DNA of 59,067 bases, counting the filler, from Bipalium vagum (taxonomy: Eukaryota): NCBI GenBank assembly GCA_037834085.1. It is 3 parts of 3 records of this genome, joined end to end, with 100 filler letters (N's around TTAATTAATTAA, not from the genome) between each part and the next. Parts side by side here need not be neighbours in the genome. Positions count along the whole stretch, not along the records: positions 21,101 to 38,699 come from JBBMKC010059505.1; 2 more parts are not named here. One strand, written 5' to 3'. How positions within the stretch are numbered: the first letter of the stretch is position 1; the number at the start of each line of letters is the position of its first letter. Positions 23,700-37,463 of this stretch are shown here, in pieces. Both the position numbers and the translations under genes were made by a program. The notes beneath the pieces are model-generated. The model searched no databases. It saw only the letters and a program-made list of their open reading frames with translations, and was not told where the DNA came from.

Positions 23700-24230
23700 C
23701 ATAAAAGTACGGCAGATGTTGAGGAATCAATTTTGACTATATTCGTTGTAAGTGGCCGTGCTTTTTGTCAAGAAGCAATCTGACAATCTGTCACGACGAT
23801 CTGAACTTTTCGGTTGGGTAGCTTTCTTTTTTCAACTTGGCTACATCGAGTTCTCTGTCAATAGTCGTATTTTTCTCGATAGTCTTATTTTTTACCCACT
23901 CCATCCTCTGTCACACAATTTCTCGTTCCCCGTGACAAATTTCTGCAGAAATGGTTCCGTGTGGCCGCATTTCACTCGCTGACAAGCAAGATGTGTCCTT
24001 TAAAAGCTCCTGAAGACGTTCTTCGTCAAATTCGAATGGTCAGTCAAAGCGAAATTAATCTTCGAGATCAAAATTACCCTTTTTAATTTTTTTACCTTTT
24101 TTGAGCGGTCCTTGCACTTATTGCATTAGCCTTATAGACAGCGCAAATGCCTCGTTCTACTTCTGTAGCTTTCTAACCACTGCGAAAGGCAAAATATAAA
24201 AAATGACAAAGATTAATTTTTTTGCTGCTT
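23700..24230 (-). mobile_element. Degenerate mariner relic
   Basis: FAFRSG*KATEVERGICAVYKANAISARTAQKR..GNFDLED...EFDEERLQELLK matches the mariner N-terminal HTH. It has multiple stops and frameshifts. Confidence 0.75.
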
Positions 24231-25198
24231 GAAAAATCCATTTGTAAAACTAAAAAATATATGTATAATTAAGTTATTAAATGAATAATTATTACACGCT
24301 TGTAGTTTAAAAAAAATCTTTCAAAATAATTATTTTTGCGCAGCAAAACAAAGCTAAATTAGCAAGAATAAAACGCGTGAACTTTTGTACCAACCTTTTT
24401 GTTTTTTAATTAGCGTTAATTTCGACAAATTTAAAAGTTAACATTTATCATGTAAACAAATTATAATATTTATTAAAATTGGATATACGGATAGACAAAA
24501 AGAAGGAATTGGATAAACAAAAAGAAGGAATAATTGATATCTCAATAAATTTGATGTTTTAAGGAATTATTAATAATCATCTGAAGTGGATGCGGGTTAA
24601 AATTTATAAGAGTAAATGTATTATTTATAATTTTTTCACGTTTTTTACGGAAAATAATTTGAGACAAAAAAATAAATTTACAGAAACAAAAACTTTATAT
24701 TTTGAAACAAACATCTTATATTTTAAAAATACTGAATTTAAAATAATTTTTTTCAAGTCAACTCTTGTTTTATGTGCTACTTTAAAATTACAGTGATAAT
24801 ATTTGTATTTGTATTTCCTTTTTTTAACACAATACATTAAAAAAAAATAATTTGAATAAAACAGAATACATTATAAAAAGAAGAAAACTATTGTCGACAA
24901 AATCATATCGAAAACGTGGAAATTTCAAAATAAATTGAAATAAAATATTTTTATCCTTTTCATTCAATTAAAAAGTATACAAAAGAAAAATGACTTCAAA
25001 TCAAACAATTATTATTTATTAAATAGTTAAATAGAAATTATTTTTATTTTAACAAGGATCAGATTTATAAAAAGATTACAAAATCAAGTAATATTTTTAA
25101 AATTTTTTGATTCTAATATTACAATATCCATGTTGCTATCGAATTTCAAAATTAGAAGTGAATAATGTTCAATGAAAGTTCGTGCAAGGTTAGGCTAA

Positions 25199-25356
25199 TT
25201 AATTTTTAAACGTTGGCTTAATTCGAAACTGACATATTCTTGTCACTTCTATCCAATAAGGCGAAACCAAAGTACCCGTAATTACCAATACCAAGGCACA
25301 CCATGGTGACTGAAGATAACCAGAAGTTGATCTATCTGAATATTTAAAATACTATT

Positions 25357-25421
<65 letters not shown>

Positions 25422-28400
25422 ATTATTATAATTATTATTATATAAGTAATAAATTTGTTTTGAAATAAATAAAAAAAATTGATTAAAAAATATAATTTTA
25501 ACGTGTACAATGACAATAAATATATATCTCTTGACTTGTTAAACTGAATTATGGATTATTTTCTAGATCAAATCAATATCAACCCTTTTTTATCAGTTGT
25601 ATCATTGAAAAAGTCTTTAGTAACAAAAAATAGATTTTCACTCGTCTCATTTTATAAAGAAATTTTACGATATTTGTAATTAAAGTTTCTATTATTATGG
25701 GCATTCGTCTTGAGAGGTTTGTCTTATTGAAAGAACTGAAAAGAGAACATTGTTAGAAAATTTTTGAGATTATCAATAAATCTTTTGAAAGTGAAAAAAA
25801 GAAAAATTTTAAAGAAAAAGTTTACTGATAATAATTTATATTTCGTTCAAATATATTAATATTATTATATATAATGATGAAAATTTAATTAAATTTAGAA
25901 TAGTAATAACTTTTCTGATTGGATACATTCTCATTTAGTTTCACTTTTAAAGAGGAGACTGTAGGTTTTGATGTGTAAAAGTATCCGGTGAATGAACGAA
26001 TTCTTCCCATCAGAGATGATAGATAACTCGACTGCAAGTCACTTGAACCATGATCAATAAAAATTGTTGATCCATCTCTTAATATTTCTAATGATTGGTT
26101 TTCTGTTGTTAATGAAACTGGACATAAGATCTAAATTATAGTAAAGCTTATTTCAAAATCAATAGGAACTGAACTACTGTGAAAAACTTAATAAATTATA
26201 TACTTCAAAATATAATTTATCATTTATAAAATAATTAAAAATAATTGAGATTCTCAAATGAATTGATACAAAGCAATTTATTCATTCCTTTCTGTTTAGA
26301 GTAGTTTTTTTAATATATCCTTTTTGGAAATAAATTATTTTCTTAAGAAAATTGAAAGTATTTATTGGGAAATTTCCGCTTTAATAATACTCAACCATTG
26401 TAATTTTTTTCAAATATACGCGGTTAGCCGTAAGGGACTTAAGCTTTCAATTCTAAACAATTTGGCTTTAATTTTCAACTTTCAATAAATGGTTGATTTA
26501 AAAGTTAAGTTATTTATAAATATTAACCATTCTGTCAATTTGAAGCTTATAGCTCGTTTAGAATGGTAATTGTCTTAAGTTTAGTTTTTAAAAATTATTA
26601 TTAGCCTCTAGAAAGCATGTCAAGCAAAATGAGAAATTTATATCTTTTTTTATAAGAATTTAAAAACGGCCTTGGAGCAGGTGAGACAGCTTCTAAATAA
26701 TGCTGCTTTCAGCGCATGTAAAACTAATGAACGAACAGTTCGATGGTGGTTTTTTAAATTTTGTAGTGGAGATTACAGAAGTTATTTATAAATATTAATC
26801 ATTCTGTCCTAATGATTCCCTAACTCGACCAATATTACAATATAACAAGAAATTTAATAATTCTTACCAATTGATTATGATGAAGTTTCTCAGAAAGTGA
26901 TTTTTCTTCATGCAATTCTGAATTTGTTTTGAGATCAGTGGATGTAAGGAAACCTTCGAAAGTATTTTCATCAGAGTTCGTTTTTGAAAAATCTTCTGTT
27001 ATCGGAATGAATTTCTCAATAGAGAAATCAATTTCATTGTTAAAAGCATTTTGATGTTCATTATTCTCATCAAACGTAATTATTTTTAGTTTAGCTCCAT
27101 TGTCATTTTTTATATGCCTGGTTTTTTGAATTTTTTCATCTAAACCTTTGACCATTAGCTCATTTTCAAATGGATTTTGTTGACATGATTGTTTTATCTC
27201 AATAGTATCAACACATGAAAGGCTATCGATTTTGGATATGATATCACTTTCATTGTTTTCATCAGAACTAATCCTCTGTATCGGTTCACTTTCATTGATA
27301 GTTCTGATATCTTTGTTTTCTTGATGGTCCACATTAAAATCCTTAATTATTTGATCATTTTGAAACCGATCATGTTGATCTGATTGTTTCAATTCACTAG
27401 ATTCAACAGAAGAAGGATTGTTGAACTCTGATATGATATTAGTTTTATTGTTTACATCAGAACTAATCTTTTGCCTTGATTCACTTCGAGTTACGGTATT
27501 GATACCTATACTTTCTTGAAAGTCTTCATCTAAGTCTTTAACTATTTGATAATTTTCAGTTAGATCTACTACTAGTTTATCTACTTGTTTCAACTCAATA
27601 TTTCCAATATCAACAGAATAATCTTGTTTTGTTATTATCTCTATTTCACTTTTCTCTTCATATTTAATTCTTGAGTTAATGTTAAGGAGACTATTGTTAT
27701 CTAGTGGTTCTTGAATTGTTTCTACCTTTACATCTATACATATTTGTTCATTTTCTAACTGTTCACGTTGATCTGATTGTGAAATATCAATAGAAGGCAG
27801 AATATCAATTTCCTTATTTTCGTCAGATTTAGTGCTTTGCTTCGGTTCACTTTCATTGACAGTTCTTATATCTTTGTTTTCTTGAATGTCCGCAATTAAA
27901 TCTTTAATTATCTTATCATTTTCAGTTAAATCATGTCTAACTATGTCTTTTGTCATGACCATAATTTCTTTCTTCTCTTCATCTGTAGTTCTAGAGTTTA
28001 TTTCTCTTTCTTGGTTTTCTTGAACATCTATATATGAAACCTTTGATTTTTCAAACTGATCATATTGATTTGATTTTTTCGTCGATTCAACATATTTCAT
28101 AGAAAAAAGAATGTCGATTTTTGATTTAGCATCACTTTTATAATCCTCAGATGTAATTCTCCGTTTCAGTTCACCTTCACTGACTGAGGTTATACCTTTG
28201 TCTTCGTGAATATCTTCATCCAAATAATTTATTATTTTATCATTTTTACTTTGATCGTATTTAGTTGATTTTTCCAACCCTATAATATCTATACTTTCAG
28301 GTTGATCTGGTATTTCCCAAATAATCTCAATTTCGCTTTTCTCTTTTGGTATAATTGTCGATTCCAATTCACCTTCATGAAAATTACAGTTATTTATGCT

Positions 28401-30649
28401 TCCTTCGATTTCTACATTGAAATCTTTACCTATATTATCATTTTCAATATTTTCGTCTTCATCTGATTGCTTAAGCTTAATATTTTCAATACTGCTAGCA
28501 TCTTGATTGTATTTTGGTATGATATTAATCTCACTGTTCTTTTCAAATAGAGTCCTCGATTCTAATTCGCTCTCCTTGAATCTGTTAAAGTCTCTTTTTT
28601 CTGGAAAGTATATACTTAAATCATTAATTATTAGATCATTTTTAAAAAGATCCAATTGTTTCGACTTAATATTGTCAACAGAAGAAAGAATTTCGATTTT
28701 TGTTATCTCAATTTCATTATTTTCGTCAGAAGTAATGTTTTGTTTCAGTTTACTTTCTTGAATATCAACATTTAAATCTTCATTATTATCATCACTATTA
28801 TCATTTCCAGTAAAACCATGTTTGTCTATCGGCTTCAATTTAATATTTCTAATACAAACATCATTGTCATTTTTGGCGACGACCTCAATTTCATTCTCAT
28901 CTTCATAAGTAATTTTCGGTTTTATATTACCTTCAAGCAAATTACTGATGTCCTTGCTATCTTGAATGTGTGCATCTAAGTCTTTAAATATTTGATCATT
29001 TCTAGTTTCATCAAGGGTAACTGTTTGTTTCAACTCAATATAGTTAATACAAGTTGAAATATCGTCCTTTGTGATTATATCATTTTCAATATTCTCATTA
29101 TACCTAACCCCCGATTTCAACTTATCTTCATTGAAATTACTGAGACCTTTGGTTTCTTGGATTTCCATAATAGAATCCTTTATTATATTATCATTTTCAA
29201 GCTGACCACCTTGATCGGATTTTTTAACCGTAATATCGTCATTACTACTACAGTCATATTCGTTTTCGTTCGATATTTCAATTTCATATCTCTTGTCTGA
29301 ATTGGGTGTTGATTTCTTTTCATTTTCATGGAGATTAGTTATATTTTCACTTTCTGGAATCTCTACATCAAAACTTTCAATCTTTGATTCTACATTAATT
29401 AGTTTATCATTTTCATAAGGAACGAACTGCTCTGATTGTTTCACATCAATATTGTCAAAACTGATGTCACCGAATATTTTATTGTCGACATCATGCTTTA
29501 TTGTCATGGTTAACTTATCTGGTTCCAAGTATAAATCTGAGTTTATCTCCACAGAATTAGAATCCGTTTCAATTTGTAAATCTGAACATAATATTGCATT
29601 TTCAGTGTTTTCGTTTTGGTTATCTATACTACCGTAGTCACTTTTAATTGATACATTCTTTAGGCTATCATTTTGACTCTCATAAATAAAAGTATCCATA
29701 TTTTTGTTAAGACACTCTTCGATATTTTTATCATCGTTTTCACTGTCTTGATTTTTAATGTCAGTTTGAGAGTTTATTTCATGTCTTTTTTCAGTATTTT
29801 CACTCAGTACCGCTTGATGATGAATATTTTCAAATTCTATTTTATCTTGCTGGCTTTGGTTGAAACCATAATCAGTGCAAAGATTTTCAAGATTGGCAGA
29901 CGGCGAATCAAGTTTATTTTCCGGACCTTCTTTATTTATCAGGTCAATATTAATATTTTCTGGATAATGATCATTGTATTGGTACGATTGATCGATATTA
30001 GCGTTATAGGTCTCTTCCACATGGGAATTTATAATGTTATCAGAACTAATATTCTTTTGGTCTAATCTCTCATAAAATGAATCACTTAATAAGTTACTGA
30101 TTTCGGGATCTGTAGCATTTTCTTGATCAAAATCATTAGATGGACCTGAGTAGGATTCTGAAAATTAGAAATAAAATAGTTCGGTCAAACCATTAAATGT
30201 TACCATCATCAATAATTTGTCCAGGAATTAGCTGTTCTGAGGAAGCAACCTTACATTCAAATGTTTGCTCGCAGCTGTAGTCTGATTTATCTTCTGAAAT
30301 ATTGTTTATTTATATCTTTTATTAATATATGAACTGATACCGCTTGAATAGAGATTTCTTTCGTCACCGCTTTCATTCATCAATACTATGCAAGTTTCAG
30401 CATCTTGAAAAGATCGTTTATTGTTCATTTTCATATCACTTCCAATAAAGGAGTACTGTTCTAAATTAACCGATGGACCTTGTGTTGAACGAGTTTCAAA
30501 TATTTTTATTTCCGTCGTTGGTTTGAAAGATAATTTATTATCAGCTTCGTGGTTTTCGTTTCTCTTTTCTTCAATGGTTTGAAATTGTTCCTTTTCTTCC
30601 TCAATATTTATCGAGCCACATTCTTCATCATGACCAGTCTTCAAAGTCA
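25199..30649 (-). CDS. Large uncharacterised acidic repeat protein, 5' end unresolved; exons 30649-30341, 30293-30204, 30157-26868, 26130-25911, 25722-25669, 25614-25584, 25543-25503, 25335-25199 (end uncertain)
   Basis: A 3.3-kb open exon, with flanking GT-AG introns of 47, 46, 54 and 40 nt. All junctions are phase-consistent. About 12 degenerate ~65-aa repeats. The first exon begins at an acceptor in phase 1, so an upstream exon is required. The small 3' exons are less certain. Confidence 0.72.
25358..25442. repeat. (ATT)n microsatellite, intronic
   Basis: Direct tandem ATT run. Confidence 0.95.
27010..29225 (-). repeat. Coding tandem repeat array, about 12 degenerate units of ~50-67 aa
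   Basis: Units resemble ELKQSDQ...ENDxIIKDLxxDIQExKxI...ESExKxxIxSDExxEIxII, for example HDLTENDKIIKDLIADIQENKDIRTVNESEPKQSTKSDENKEIDI versus HDRFQNDQIIKDFNVDHQENKDIRTINESEPIQRISSDENNESDI. Confidence 0.8.
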
Positions 30650-32238
30650 CTATATAAAATTTTCTTAATGAGTTTTGATAACTTGTTAATTATATTTCAA
30701 TAAAATGTCTCTTAATGATTAATTACTTCAGCAAAAATAAATTTACTTTTTTATCTATAGGTAAAAATCGTGACCGATTACTGAGGCATTTTTCATAGAA
30801 CAGTTATACATTTTCTGGGATAATTGCAACGGGTTTTTAAAAATATTTTTCATTGAAACGTATAATCACTTTTGATTGAAATTCAAGGTAACTTAGGGTG
30901 AAGGTGCATCCCAACTTAATTTCTCTGTATTTATATGCTTTTTGGTTTATATATCATTATATTTATAATTGACAATAACCCAAGCTCGTGATTTTATATT
31001 TAATGATATTATATTTTTATTAAAAATATTGTTTTTATCCACCACGTAATCAAGCAAACGAGTCAGTTTCCAAAATATCATTAATGACATTTTTAACCTC
31101 ATTTCAAACAATTCAATTTTTTCATATATTACCTGCAAACAATTTTGTAGAATCAATTTAGGAAAAAATCATATATGCTGAAAAGTTAAGAATTTAAAGT
31201 TTTAAGACTAATTTAGTTAATTACCAATTTCTTCTGGCCACAAAAATTAGGAATCTAAATAATGAATGTTTTAGATTTTTATGATTTCAATTACAAGGTT
31301 CAGTAAGAAAAAATCACAGGAATACAAATAGTCCTCATGGAAAACAGATGTCCTGAATTCTTGATGTTTCATGATATTATTATTATAAGAAGAAACTAAA
31401 TTGATTTTTGTTTGTGGGGAACTGTTTCCCTATTAAATTTTATAAATTGTATATATAATACAGATAATGAAGCTCAACCGTAACATATAAATAGTTGAAA
31501 ACAAAGCTGTTACCTACTTATAAATTTTATTTTAGATTTAAATAAAAAATTAGATAGGCTTCAGGAGAGTTGTTTAAAAATTAGGTCTGACTCAGAAATT
31601 ATTAATAAATATATAATATTTGCGACAGTTTAACATTCCACAATTGAGCCGTTATATATTTAGATTCAATAAATTTGAACTGCTGGTCCTTCAAATTATT
31701 TTTATATCAATGTCAATCAAGATTGTGTAAATGTCTCAAGTTAAAAATATACACTTTCGGAAAAATATTGGTCTATTACAAATAAAACAAAAAATCCAAG
31801 AGGAAAACATTTTATATCAATTCCACATTCACATTACGCAAAGCATAATTAACAATTTTATTTGTCACCAACATAATTATTTTGGGTTTATTTTAGTAAT
31901 TATTTACTGATTTCTAATTTTCCCGGTTTGTTATTTTCACCAAAATTGGAAAATGTAATAGTACAAATTTTTGTTTTCATAGTTTAATTATTATATTGTC
32001 ATTGATAAATAATTTTAAATTAAGAAAAATATTATCTTATTTACTATCAAATATTTGACATAAAATATCAGAAAATAAATAATTCTCATTATTGACTAAA
32101 AAGAAATAAAAGTATTGATTATTAATATCAAAGTTAATAAAAATCAAATTATTACACAAAATATATCAGTATACCTCAAAAATTATTATTATTAATATAA
32201 AAACTCAATCACATCTATACCATTACTATCTTATTAAG

Positions 32239-32272
<34 letters not shown>

Positions 32273-33749
32273 TTTGATAATTGATAATAATATTAGTATT
32301 AATAGTAATATGTTAATATATAATTTGTTTAGCTGGATATCATTAAAAAATATATAATGAGCTTTTCTCGCTTGTTCTTTTCTTTTAATATTTCTAATCA
32401 GATTTTTTTCCAGACGATACCAGAGATTGACCTATTTAACTGGAACGACCTATTGTGTTTAATACAATGATTAGAATATTGTCAATAGATTTTTAAGCAA
32501 AAAATTGTCAATGGTCGACAATGCAAAGTCCGATACGACATGACACAAATCCGAATAATATATTTGATATTATTGACTAGAAAAACTGAACAATAAAATA
32601 TATATAAATTAAGTATTGTTTCGACTATGAAATGGAATTCTTAGAAAAAACCTATTAATGAGTATTAACAAATTCACAAATGGAGAGCTTAAGTCACCTT
32701 TATAAATAGTAAAATATCTATTAGCAATTAGCTTGTTTTGATTAAACTTAATGAATATCTGGAGAATAAACTATTAATTAATAACATCAATCTCATCTAC
32801 TTGAAAATTAATCTATAAAAAATAAATTATTTTTGAAGAACACTAATTAAATCAATATATCATGTTATTTTAACATTATTATTTAAAAATATGGATCCTG
32901 GTCGACCTCAATCGTGTAGTTCGTAATGAATAGGCATATACTCAATTGACAACGTCATTAATGTCGAAGAAAAATCAATTTTCAAAAGATGTTAAATTTG
33001 AATTTTGAAACAAAAGTTAATTATTTAGACTAATTTTTCTTAATTTAATCAAAAATTAACATTAAAAAAATTTATAAAGAAAAAATTAAGTGTGAAACCG
33101 AAAATATAACAATTTTCCATGTGTATTTTACACTTATTATGAATCTAAATTTTCACAATTAGTGATGCAATTATTCCACATTGTTTATGTTGTTATAATA
33201 TTCTAAATTTTTTTTTTCTTTGTATTACTTAACATTCCTGATTTTGATAATTTAAACCATAATAAGCTCATTTTAATCTTGACTTTATTTTAAGTAATTA
33301 TTTCTGTTAAGATCAACACCAAGCAAATTGATTCAAATTTCCATGAAAATATCATAAAAATAACAACGAAAAATTATATATAAATTTTGTTTTACGAATT
33401 ATTTATTGATTTATTTTTATTAACCCTTTGAGAGATACTCTTAAATAATGGACAATACACAAGTAATTTATGCAGTTGAGGTTGATAAAAAGTTATAATA
33501 ACAATTAAAAAATAATTGATTAATTTTTTCGAAACTTATTAAAAATCAATAGAAATAAGCAAAAATTGAATAATATTATATTTTAGTACGTAATTGGTGT
33601 AAAATTGCCATTTTTGTACTTAACAAATTTTGTTTTTAAAATTATTTAAATTTAGAAGTTTTAAATAACGAAAGACAATTTTTGAAAGTTTCTTTGAAAA
33701 TAAAATTCTTTGAGTTTGGATTTTTATGTATTTGGATAAAATATTATCT

Positions 33750-33900
33750 GAAGAAATGCGAATAATGTTCAAATATTGAATTTCTAGGAAATAACGCTGC
33801 TGTAGCAGCTTTAAATATGAGAAAAGTTTATGGAGAATAGAGACCAGACAAAAAGTTTATCCCCATGCCTGGATAAAAATGAACAATCAAACTTTTTTCT
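33750..33900 (+). mobile_element. Short mariner N-terminal fragment
   Basis: EFLGNNAAVAALNMRKVYGE resembles the mariner motif 'EFxLGxNAAEAARNIxxVYGE'. Confidence 0.55.
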
Positions 33901-36851
33901 TCTCCTTAATATCATTTTAGTACGTAATTAACAAGGTATTGATTACTTCTGTTGAAATGGTTAAAATATTAAATCATAAACCTATATATTGGTAAAATAA
34001 ATGAACATTTAACGGTACAATATTCAGAGTTGTGACATGGGAAAAAACCAATTCTACTGCAAATATTTCAGTGAGGATGCTCACAGACTAAATTAGTTTT
34101 TATTTTGAAATGCCAATGATAAAATAAATATAAAAATGTTGTTTTTTAACTATTGATTTGAAATTTATTATTTGTCTTAATTAAATATAAAATCGAACAT
34201 ATTCCAAATCAGTATAGCATATCAATTAAATATTTACATGGCATTTCATTGAGACCGTCTTAATAAACAGAGTTTACTAATATCTTTATTACATCTATTT
34301 CAGGATAGTGTTTCGAGCTGATGTACATAAAATTGTAAAATAATATAATGTAATAAAACCTATTTCTTATCAGTAATTATTTCACTAAAATTTTACAAGA
34401 ATGATACATAATGAATTGCTTAATATTGCTTTATTTCTTTAAAAATTGATTGTTTTTTATTATTATAATTTTTTCTTTATCAATAAAATAATTATCAATT
34501 TTTTTAACATATTATCCTATGAGGAATATTTTTAAAATAATACTAACACAGATTTTATAAATTTTAAAATAATAAATTAAATATAATCGTAAATTTTAAT
34601 TAAATTAATTTTTAAAATAAATAAAAAATAATAAAATAACGATTTTTAAAATAAATAATTGATTAATTTCATAATTAAAATAATTAATTAATTTTCTTAA
34701 ATATTTAAGAGTGAAAACAATTTCGAGCTACTCAATGATTTTCATTAATAAATATTATATTAAAATTGGTTTAATGAATTCAAACAATACGGATGTGGTG
34801 GAGGTTACCAACATTCCTTCATTAATTAAAAACTTGAATTGTTAATTATTATGAGGTTTCTTTAATTTTTCCACATTTTCAATTATTTTTTCAATTTAAT
34901 GTTATCAATAACTTAACATACTTTTATCGTAGTGCTTATGTAATATCATATTTTAATGACAGATATTTAATTAGGATTACAATTTTCTAAAACTAAATAT
35001 ATCTCATTTCACTATAGTGACATTAAGCAAATAGTTTAAGTAATTAACATTTAAGTTAATGTAGAAAAATTATTATTATTTATATTCCAGAGAATTTCAT
35101 TTGTTTTAGTAAAAGTTGCTTTTTTGATATAGGAATTGAAATTTATTGATTATTTTTTCCCCGTTCTTTCTTAAACGGTTACTTAAATAATTTATTTTCG
35201 TCTATAAAGTCTTCTAGAATTTTTTTTAAAAAAATTTATTAGCTGAAATTTTTCTCAAATTTTTATATTTCATCAATTAATTTTTTAAATATAATTCTTA
35301 AATCAATTTAAAATCCCACAAAGTGCAATAATAAAATATAGATCGTAGAAACAAATAATTTTTAGTTCAGATAAAATTAAACATGATTGATTGATTGTAT
35401 GAAAATTGTTCGTTTTTTTCGAAATTTTCTCTACTGTTACTATAACATTAAAATGAATTCCCTTTAGTATGTAAAGATGGCGTTATAATTTATTTCAATA
35501 TTGAATTTAAATAAAAAAGTTCCCGTAAAATTCTCATTCAAATAAAATTTCCTGATTTTTAAAACTGGTTATATTTTTAACATTATTATCATAATTAAAA
35601 GTGAAATTAATTGTTTTTATCGCTGCTGTGAATGAGACAATTACAATTGTTAAGGTGAATTATTTGCAAATTAATTAATACTCAATCATAAGACGTCTTA
35701 AATGGAAAACTTTTAAATTACCTTTCACTAGAAAATCTAGAACATCGATTCTAAAGCATTAATACTAGGATTGATTTAATTGATATAATTAGTTACAACC
35801 GCAGTGGATCACAGTGTATTACAAAATAGTTAATAATAAATATTAGCATGAACGGTTCAGTCTCAAAATATTATTAAAGCATTTTACTAAAGATTTTTAT
35901 TATTTTGTAAAAAGAAAATGAAAAAAATTGTTTTAAAATTATTTTTTTAATTTATAGCACAATTTTTGATTTAAATGAATTTATTAAAAATTAATGAAAT
36001 TGAGTTTCAGTTTTCAGAATGAACGTATTGATAATTATATATGTAGAACACACACAAAATCAAGTCAATTCATGAAAGTTATCTTAGACCAAAAATCGTA
36101 AAATTAACAAATATACACCACGTGATGAAATTACATTTCAAAAATGTTATTGAGGTCATATCTCATATTTCTAAAAACTTAGCAAAATCTAACTCTAAAC
36201 ATGCATTTCCATTGGTAATTAAGTCTTTTAGAAACACACGATTTCAGAAAGTGCATAATCAAAAATGACCGGAAAGATACCTATTGAACAATTTTGGAGC
36301 CTAACTACCAAAAAGAAATTCTTAAAAACTATAATTATTAATATAATTTAAAAGAAATAAACGTTCATTTTCTTAAATTTAAGGTTAGACATTTTATACA
36401 ACTTTGTTTTAAACATTAACTCGTTTCTATTTTGAAAAATTATCTAATCAAAAGGAAAAAACTTCTTCAATTTTAATATTTTAATTTAAAGTCTATTTTT
36501 CCAAAGCTAATTCATATTCAAATAAAAAATATTTTATTTCTCATGTTACACTTTTATTATTATTATTTATTTTATTACTATTTATTAATATTATTATTAA
36601 ATTTAATAAGCTAAATTTTAAATTTATACATTTTTATGAAAATTTATAAAATATTATAAATTACTGTCTTAACTTAAGTTATAAAAAAATTATAAATTAT
36701 ACTCTATAAAAAAATATGAACAATAAAAAATATTTTCTCCAAGAACTTCTGATCATTTAAATCGAACATCATTTGAATAATGCATTTAACTCTGTTTACT
36801 TCAAAATGTTTAAATTTACCGAAGGTTATTGTGTACATAAGCATTACGTAT

Positions 36852-37463
36852 CTACAATAATTTTAATTTTCGTAACCAACTTTTAACTAAATTGAATAAA
36901 GATTTCCAGCTCTGTTCGTCTTTTGCTTCCCACTTGTCCAGCGAAAATTGAATTGGGTCATATGTAACCAAATTCTGTAGAACTTTCACTTCACCCAAAC
37001 AGATAAATAAGATTCGATTTTGCCAATTAGGTTTGGCAGTTAAGAACACCAGTAATCGTGGAATGAACTGATTGAGAGCTTTTTGAGAATATTTTGAAGC
37101 AATAATGACTGCATATTCAGAATGTATTAAAAATCGGTTTTCGAAATCTTCAAAGCTGTGAATAAACGCTAAACCGGGTATCCGGTCATATTTGCATCTC
37201 AGATTGAATTCATTGTCGGCCCGATGTTTAACATAGTCAGCAAATTCTTCAACAAGATCATCTTTACAATTGGAAGGTCCCTCCTTGGAATACAGACAAG
37301 GCGTTATTAAATTCAACTTATACTCCATTGGAAATCCAGTTGGAAGCAGACTGCATTACGATCGACCAGTACAAATTAAGAAAATTGTCATTCACTTTTC
37401 TAGTCCAGTCAACCAATCAGAATTGACTTTGTTTGTCTGTACCACGAATCGATATGATTGATT
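36852..37463 (-). CDS. TIR-like domain coding region (main exon 37350 to 36881 or 36852; upstream exon 37463-37396)
   Basis: EYKLNLIT..DDLVEEFADYVK..EFNLRCKYDRIPGLAFIHSFEDFENRFLIHSEYAVIIASKYSQK..WQNRILFICLGEV..LVTYDPIQF..EQSWKSLFNLV follows TIR beta/alpha order, with a BB-loop-like DRIPG and a terminal 'W..L' helix. A 45-nt in-phase intron lies at 37395-37351. The domain call is by eye, and both ends of the gene are unresolved. Confidence 0.6.

Noticed and set aside
28507-30065. Plus-strand ORFs within the repeat gene
   Set aside because: They are antisense shadows of the 3.3-kb exon.
32350-32600. Candidate exon between the TIR exon and the repeat gene
   Set aside because: All three minus-strand frames stop after the acceptor, and there is no recognisable homology.
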